From Parcubacteria bacterium C7867-005 (GTDB lineage Bacteria > Patescibacteriota > Minisyncoccia > Phycocordibacterales > Zambryskibacteraceae): a stretch of 48,768 nt of DNA. A program made the position numbers and the translations under genes. Below, in pieces: positions 42,963 to 48,768 of this stretch; position 1 is the stretch's first letter; the number at the start of each line of letters is the position of its first letter. The stretch covers positions 1 through 48,768 of the forward strand of contig LFCO01000003.1 in assembly GCA_001189165.1 (NCBI GenBank), in the 5' to 3' direction. The notes beneath the pieces were generated by a model. It was not told where the DNA came from. It searched no databases and saw only the letters and a list, made by a program, of their open reading frames with translations.

Positions 42963-44640
42963 CTACCCCTAAGAGTGCTTTGAGTTCGGTCTCAGGGATT
43001 TCGTTAGTTTGTTTTTTGGGTTCACTTTTTAATTCAACAGATTTTTCCAGGTTGGGCCTTGGGGCAACGTGCGGTTTATTGGAGACAGGTTCTGACTTGA
43101 TCATGCTCGAGAGGATATTTTTCAAATCTGAAACATGCTTAGGACTAGGGTTTCTCTGATTATTACTTTTTTGTTTCAAACTATCCAAGGAAATAGCTTT
43201 CAGTGGTTTAAAATCATCTGTCGGCTCTTCTCTCTTGATCACCTCTTTCTGAACCTGCCTCTCTTCTTTCTTCTCCACTCTTTCTTCTCTGTACTCAGGT
43301 TTTTTACCACGAAAATCTATAGCTTTTAGAGCTTTTGGATTTGCTCTACCATCTTCTTGCCAGTCTGAAATTTCTTTTTCGATCATCGCCCTTGGACGAG
43401 CAAAAGTTTTCCTTGAATACTCGATGATTTCATCCATTAGAGACGTTTCCTGTTTCTTGATCGGAGGCAAAGTAGTGGCTGAAAAAGGTTGAGAACTAAC
43501 CCCATCTATCATGAGCTTCAAATATACTTGTGCGAATCCGAGATTTACCAAATCCTCTGCAGTAAAGGTTGGGGAAAATTCTTTCTCTAGTATCTCGGCG
43601 TCATAGGCACCGACACGAAAGACAATCATGGTACCGACGTTTCCAAACACCGCGGCCCTAACTTCTTCTGACATCTGCTCTATGTACTGATGAGCGATAG
43701 TGAGGTTTAGTTTATATTTACGGGCTTCAGAGAGAATATCTGCAAAAGATTCGTTGGCAAAAGATTGAAATTCGTCTACGTATAGATAGAAGTTTGGAAG
43801 CTTTTGTAGATTAGCCTCTGATTTGTCTGCACGACTCATGGCTGCCAAATAAATCTTGGTGATGAGCATCGAACCGAGCAGGTTTGCATTCGCTTCACCC
43901 ACACGACCCTTGGACAGGTTTATGATGAGGATCTTGCCTTCATCCATGATCTCTCGGATATCAAAGCTCGACTTCGACTGTCCTATGATATTTCGAATCA
44001 AAGGATTAGAAGTGAACTGACCAATCTTGTTTTGTATGGCTGGGATAGCTTCTGCAGCAAATCTTTCTGTATATCCGGCGAACTCTTGCGTCCAGTAAGT
44101 TTTCACAGATGAATCAGTGACGTTGGCCACGACCTTATCTCTATACACCTTATCTACAAGCATTTTGTTGATGCCGAGCATCGTAGCACCTGGATATTCA
44201 AGTAAAGCGAGGATCGTGTTCTGCAAGATGTACTGCATACGGTCAGAAAAGCTCTCTTCTCCAAAAAGTTTCTTGAAGGCGCTCATTAGCCCGTTAGCCA
44301 CGAGGTGGCGTTTATCAGGGCCAACATCTTCCATCACATTAAAGGATATCGGATGTTCTATATCAAATGGCGCAAAATAAACCACATCTTGCTTCCTATG
44401 CTCTGGTACATATTCAAGCAGCAAATCAGCCGTTTTGCCGTGTGGGTCAACAAAAGCTATGCCCTCACCACTCTGGATGTCTTGCACTGCCATATTCTCA
44501 AGCAGGGTCGACTTACCCATGCCTGTTTTCCCTATAACATAAACATGTTTTAACCTGTCTTTGGATTTGATACCAAAAGCCACGCGCTTGTTGCGAGAAT
44601 CAGTTTCAGCAAAGTACGTGATCTTGTCCGGATCGATCAT
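42955..44640 (-). CDS. Type IV secretion coupling-protein-like (TraD/VirD4/DUF87-type) P-loop ATPase without an N-terminal TM anchor, with a K/E-rich C-terminal tail
   Basis: ORF track, 561 aa. Walker A is IGKTGMGKST, then FVDPHGKTAD, Walker B FYLYVDEFQSF and LTIAHQYIEQM. The last ~130 aa are low-complexity and charged. Confidence 0.7.
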   Translation of the reverse strand: MIDPDKITYFAETDSRNKRVAFGIKSKDRLKHVYVIGKTGMGKSTLLENMAVQDIQSGEGIAFVDPHGKTADLLLEYVPEHRKQDVVYFAPFDIEHPISFNVMEDVGPDKRHLVANGLMSAFKKLFGEESFSDRMQYILQNTILALLEYPGATMLGINKMLVDKVYRDKVVANVTDSSVKTYWTQEFAGYTERFAAEAIPAIQNKIGQFTSNPLIRNIIGQSKSSFDIREIMDEGKILIINLSKGRVGEANANLLGSMLITKIYLAAMSRADKSEANLQKLPNFYLYVDEFQSFANESFADILSEARKYKLNLTIAHQYIEQMSEEVRAAVFGNVGTMIVFRVGAYDAEILEKEFSPTFTAEDLVNLGFAQVYLKLMIDGVSSQPFSATTLPPIKKQETSLMDEIIEYSRKTFARPRAMIEKEISDWQEDGRANPKALKAIDFRGKKPEYREERVEKKEERQVQKEVIKREEPTDDFKPLKAISLDSLKQKSNNQRNPSPKHVSDLKNILSSMIKSEPVSNKPHVAPRPNLEKSVELKSEPKKQTNEIPETELKALLGVDE

Positions 44641-44647
44641 TTTCTAC

Positions 44648-44653
44648 AGTATA
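44648..44653 (-). promoter_or_regulatory. -10 box TATACT, 7 nt upstream of ATG 44640 (leaderless-type)
   Basis: Minus strand reads TATACT-gtagaaa-ATG. Confidence 0.5.
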
Positions 44654-44671
44654 CAACAAATATTATTTAGT

Positions 44672-44701
44672 TTGACAGAATGAACCCCTCACAAGTAACA
44701 T
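44672..44701 (+). promoter_or_regulatory. Sigma70-type promoter TTGACA-N18-TAACAT for the cassette-3 gene
   Basis: A perfect -35 hexamer at 44672-44677 and TAACAT at 44696-44701. The GAGAGGA SD-like tract ends 6 nt before ATG 44735. Confidence 0.5.
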
Positions 44702-44734
44702 GCAATAAGACCACCTGAACCAGAGAGGATCACG

Positions 44735-45034
44735 ATGCTACACACAGAAAGAAGGCCCGGCCACAACGAGTGGCTTGGCCTGAAGGGGGCACTCCAGAGC
44801 TGTGGTGCCACTGTCGAACTCGAGATGTTAAAGATCATCGAACTCGACGGGCATATCTCCACCTGTCGTCATCCGCACATCCGGCGGGAGCATGTCCTGA
44901 ATGCCAACCGGTTGTTCGAGGAACTCCATCACGGTTGGCGTATCCTGGATGAGCGTGGCCAACCGTGGCCGACTGAGGAAGATGAGCTCTACATCTTTCC
45001 CACGAATCACCCGCGGACATCCACGACCGCCTGA
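44735..45034 (+). CDS. Orphan 99-aa protein of unknown function, high-GC codon usage
   Basis: ORF track. Preceded by an SD-like GAGAGGA and followed at once by a hairpin terminator. The antisense ORFs in the same segment look like GC artefacts. Confidence 0.55.
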   Translation: MLHTERRPGHNEWLGLKGALQSCGATVELEMLKIIELDGHISTCRHPHIRREHVLNANRLFEELHHGWRILDERGQPWPTEEDELYIFPTNHPRTSTTA

Positions 45035-45052
45035 CCCCCCTCATCGGGGGTC
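45033..45052 (+). terminator. Hairpin terminator of cassette 3
   Basis: GACCCCC-ctcatc-GGGGGTC followed by ttcttaatt. It overlaps the TGA stop codon. Confidence 0.65.
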
Positions 45053-45055
45053 TTC

Positions 45056-46237
45056 TTAATTATCTGCTTCAGATAATTCTGGTGTCTCTGGGAATAGGGC
45101 GGACACCGTGTATTTATTACCAGCATTCCACAAGATCCATGAGGTTAGCCCCAGATCATAAGTAGCTTGTATTTGTGCACGAACTTCATCTGGCCCATAG
45201 TTCGCCCCCATATTAAAATCCTGAAGCCAGGGGCGTAGTTTGGACGGCGTAGAGCTCGCAGCTACTGCCTTATCTATTCCTCCCTGCATGGATAGCTTGA
45301 TGATGTCATATGGATGTGATGCCGGATTTTTATAACCATTCCAATTCGACGGATAATGAGATGGGTAAACCATCGGCGAAACATAGTCAAAATATGGCAA
45401 AGTTTTCTCGAGCACCTGTCCAATACCTAGATCATCCTTATTCGTAGTCGTCATGCCGAACAAATCAGCAGAAGTGACAATACCCGTCCCATAAAGCTCT
45501 TCATGGAGATAAGAAAAGAAGCTTTCAAGCATCTCCGGTTTTGTAGAAGTTCCCACGTTCCAGCTATAAACGGTATCCTTCATGTTTCCATCCGAAGGGT
45601 ATCGGATATAATCGTAATTAAGTTCATCAAACCCCAGTTCGTACGACACCTTTGAAAGATTTACCACGTATTCCCAATAAGGTTTCGCGCCAACATCTAT
45701 AAACGAGAGCCCCTTATAGTCTCTCCACACACCGCCCGTCGACTTGGATCTGACCGCGAGCTCAGGATGGAGCTTTGTATAATATGGATCTTGGAAAACT
45801 GTGATCCTCCCTATCACATAAATATTATTCTTATGTAACTCTTCTATATATTCTTTTAAATCAGATACTCGACAACCAGGAGCACCAGGTGCTTGGATAT
45901 CTGGATCAATAAAAGAAATCGTCCCCGAATAATCTTTGATATCTATAACAATAGAGTTAAGTTCTGTTTTGTTAACAAGCTCCATGAGCGACTTCCTCCA
46001 AGAGGGGGTGCCCGCGACACATGCGGTCATATAAATAGCCTTAACAGCTTCTGGTGTTTTGACGTGAATCGTTTCTGGCTTTTTTAATAAATCTGAATCT
46101 GTTTTATAAACAGTACTTAAGGAATCGTAGTTTGATTTTGTAACCAAAGGTAGAACTATGGCCACAAAGCATAAAAGAAAAAGGAAACCAAGAAATATTT
46201 TGCCGAAAGATTTTGGTTTTTTATCAACCGGCATCAA
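45056..46237 (-). CDS. Membrane-anchored putative glycoside hydrolase (TIM-barrel, DUF4015-like)
   Basis: ORF track, 393 aa with an N-terminal TM. AIYMTACVAGTPSWRKSLMELVNKTELNSIVIDIKDYSG and GRITVFQDPYY resemble the putative glycosyl-hydrolase family I know as DUF4015. Confidence 0.55.
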   Translation of the reverse strand: MMPVDKKPKSFGKIFLGFLFLLCFVAIVLPLVTKSNYDSLSTVYKTDSDLLKKPETIHVKTPEAVKAIYMTACVAGTPSWRKSLMELVNKTELNSIVIDIKDYSGTISFIDPDIQAPGAPGCRVSDLKEYIEELHKNNIYVIGRITVFQDPYYTKLHPELAVRSKSTGGVWRDYKGLSFIDVGAKPYWEYVVNLSKVSYELGFDELNYDYIRYPSDGNMKDTVYSWNVGTSTKPEMLESFFSYLHEELYGTGIVTSADLFGMTTTNKDDLGIGQVLEKTLPYFDYVSPMVYPSHYPSNWNGYKNPASHPYDIIKLSMQGGIDKAVAASSTPSKLRPWLQDFNMGANYGPDEVRAQIQATYDLGLTSWILWNAGNKYTVSALFPETPELSEADN

Positions 46238-46482
46238 AGGCTTGGATTAGAGTTCGACTGATTTTTAATCTCTTGCTCTATTGAAGCCCGCTTTCTGGCT
46301 TGCCTCTTTTGCACACGCGCCTTCAAAGACAACCTTCTGTCTATGGATATCATGACCGACAAGAGAACGATGGAGAGACCAAAGACAACCTCAAAAAAAG
46401 ATTCCCAAGAATTAGGAAAGCCGAGGACTGGTAGAAGTGCTATGAGGAATCCAAGAGTAAGAATTATTTTACTTTTAGGCAT
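46234..46482 (-). CDS. Small membrane protein (two TM helices, basic C-terminus)
   Basis: ORF track, 82 aa. Has a leaderless-type promoter and forms an ATGA-type overlap with the downstream gene. Confidence 0.55.
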   Translation of the reverse strand: MPKSKIILTLGFLIALLPVLGFPNSWESFFEVVFGLSIVLLSVMISIDRRLSLKARVQKRQARKRASIEQEIKNQSNSNPSL

Positions 46483-46489
46483 GCCTCGT

Positions 46490-46495
46490 ATTATA
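46490..46495 (-). promoter_or_regulatory. -10 box TATAAT, 7 nt upstream of ATG 46482 (leaderless-type)
   Basis: Minus strand reads TATAAT-acgaggc-ATG. Confidence 0.55.
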
Positions 46496-46530
46496 TACTC
46501 TTTGAATATCTTCTAAAAGTTTTTCTATTT

Positions 46531-46618
46531 CCACATCCCTCTCCTCCGCGTCTCCCCCTGTGTCAACCTGGCAGGTTGACACAGGGAGATCAAACGGGGC
46601 GGGAGGGGGTTCAGGGTG
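46531..46618 (-). other. Short GC-rich structured element with a perfect 13-bp hairpin (core 46556-46586), immediately 3' of tRNA-Ile
   Basis: CCCTGTGTCAACC-tggca-GGTTGACACAGGG, flanked by C-rich and G-rich arms that can extend the pairing imperfectly. No U-tract follows on either strand. Confidence 0.5.
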
Positions 46619-46691
46619 TGCGCGTGCCAGGGGTCGAACCTGGGACCTACCGAGTATCAGTCGATTGCTCTACCAGCTGAGCTACACGCGC
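46619..46691 (-). tRNA. tRNA-Ile (anticodon GAU), CCA not encoded
   Basis: Manual cloverleaf, 73 nt: acceptor GCGCGUG/CACGCGC, D arm GCUC-AGCUGGUA-GAGC, anticodon arm AUCGA-CUGAUAC-UCGGU, variable AGGUC, T arm CCAGG-UUCGACC-CCUGG, discriminator A. Confidence 0.9.
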
Positions 46692-46853
46692 GAATTTTCT
46701 TTCTGCTCTGCGTGGTAGAAAACAGAGTATCCCCGAAGGGCATAGATACTTTCACCATTCAAAGCCAAATAAACATATCAAAAATCGACCCTTTAAACAA
46801 GAAAGGGATGAATCGGGCATCTTGAGCGACTTTTAAATTCATTCATCAAACAC

Positions 46854-46875
46854 AAAACCGCCCGATGGCGGTTTT
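46854..46875 (-). terminator. Bidirectional terminator-like hairpin directly after the 16S processing stem
   Basis: AAAACCGCC-cgat-GGCGGTTTT. On the minus strand it is followed by GUGUUUGAUG. Confidence 0.6.
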
Positions 46876-46877
46876 GT

Positions 46878-46903
46878 TTATCGTTCTCTATTCTGCTCCG
46901 TTC
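46878..46903 (-). repeat. 3' (trailer) half of the 16S precursor processing stem
   Basis: The RNA GAACGGAGCAGAAUAGAGAACGAUAA pairs with the leader half at 48596-48621. Of 26 positions, 23 are Watson-Crick, 2 are G-U and 1 is a mismatch. Confidence 0.7.
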
Positions 46904-47052
46904 TTAACCCGATTCTACCGAAGTAAAACTTTGGGCCTGTCTTTCCAGGTGCCATAGAAGTTCTCGGAATCTTCTAAAATCCATTACGTGCTCAATTGAG
47001 GCACATAATATCGACTCGATCAGTCCTCCACTTTCGTTTTGGACGTGTTTCA

Positions 47053-48570
<1,518 letters not shown>

Positions 48571-48595
48571 AATCGGAGATAAATCTCCAATCTTC

Positions 48596-48621
48596 GAACG
48601 GAACAGAAGAGAAAACGATAA
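48596..48621 (-). repeat. 5' (leader) half of the 16S precursor processing stem
   Basis: The RNA UUAUCGUUUUCUCUUCUGUUCCGUUC lies about 25 nt upstream of the mature 5' end and is complementary to 46878-46903. Confidence 0.7.
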
Positions 48622-48768
48622 ATCATTCTTCTTCAGTCCGACAGAGTTTCATCCTAGCGTGTGTCCCTACCTGCTGTTGCTACTGCAGATAGAGACGGTT
48701 TCATTTTTTGGAATATTTTAGAGAACTTGCGGTTCTCAAAATAACAAGTTTTCAAAGTACATGCCCTA

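Larger units (their letters stand above)
44667..45055 (+). other. GC-rich foreign cassette 3 (promoter + SD + 99-aa gene + terminator); left boundary approximate
   Basis: Hand count gives 37 G+C in 44761-44820. The flanks at 44641-44670 and beyond 45056 are AT-rich. Confidence 0.65.

Noticed and set aside
44770-45044. Three overlapping 60-69 aa ORFs inside cassette 3 (one plus-strand, two minus-strand)
   Set aside because: These are GC-content artefacts with no start signals. The 44735-45034 frame is the one bracketed by promoter, SD and terminator, though even that call is only moderate.
16878-45055. Integron gene-cassette interpretation of the three GC-rich single-gene segments
   Set aside because: The hairpins after the genes are short, perfect stems without the GTTRRRY core sites or the imperfect bulged structure of attC. 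The cassettes are dispersed rather than arrayed, and no intI-like gene is present in the window.
44662-45063. 5-bp ATTAT repeat as a target-site duplication for cassette 3
   Set aside because: A 5-mer made only of A and T in AT-rich flanks is expected by chance. It is mentioned in the cassette-3 finding only as a weak possibility, unlike the 8-bp and 9-bp repeats of cassettes 1 and 2.

Overview
This is an AT-rich, tightly packed bacterial window. Gene content and 16S features resemble a small-genome CPR/Patescibacteria-type organism; that is inference, since no database search was possible. All functions are called from motifs I recognise in the translations.

Layout:
- (i) 1-3.7 kb: a very large secreted FN3-repeat surface protein that runs off the left edge, plus two small HTH proteins.
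- (ii) 3.7-10.6 kb: a minus-strand housekeeping block of gatB, obg, a MYG1-family hydrolase, a DsbB/BdbC-type oxidoreductase with a CPHC thioredoxin-fold partner, and secA.
- (iii) 10.9-43 kb: a very large cell-surface glycan locus. It holds an O-antigen-ligase/TPR protein, a Wzx-like flippase, about ten GT4/GT2/GT9 glycosyltransferases, a GtrA/GtrB/GT-C module, two GDP-mannose-4,6-dehydratase paralogs, several SAM methyltransferases including a C-methyltransferase, AsnB, an SDR epimerase, a kinase-like protein and an IMPase.
- (iv) 43-48.8 kb: an orphan T4SS-coupling-protein-like ATPase, a putative glycoside hydrolase, tRNA-Ile(GAU) and a stand-alone 16S rRNA gene.

Most notable observations:
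- (a) Three single-gene GC-rich cassettes (radical SAM/SPASM enzyme at 16.9 kb, 210-aa orphan at 41 kb, 99-aa orphan at 44.7 kb) sit in AT-rich intergenic promoter regions. Each has its own Shine-Dalgarno-like site and GC hairpin terminator. Two are flanked by 8-9 bp direct repeats that overlap host -10 boxes.
- (b) The resident 16S rRNA has no CCUCC anti-Shine-Dalgarno tail. Native genes almost all lack SD sequences (one AAGGA exception, upstream of the MYG1 gene), and operon-first genes carry a -10 box 6-9 nt upstream of the start codon, the pattern expected for leaderless mRNAs.
- (c) The 16S gene is a monocistronic unit bracketed by a 26-bp processing stem and followed directly by a terminator.

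No CRISPR array, transposase, integrase or prophage genes were seen.
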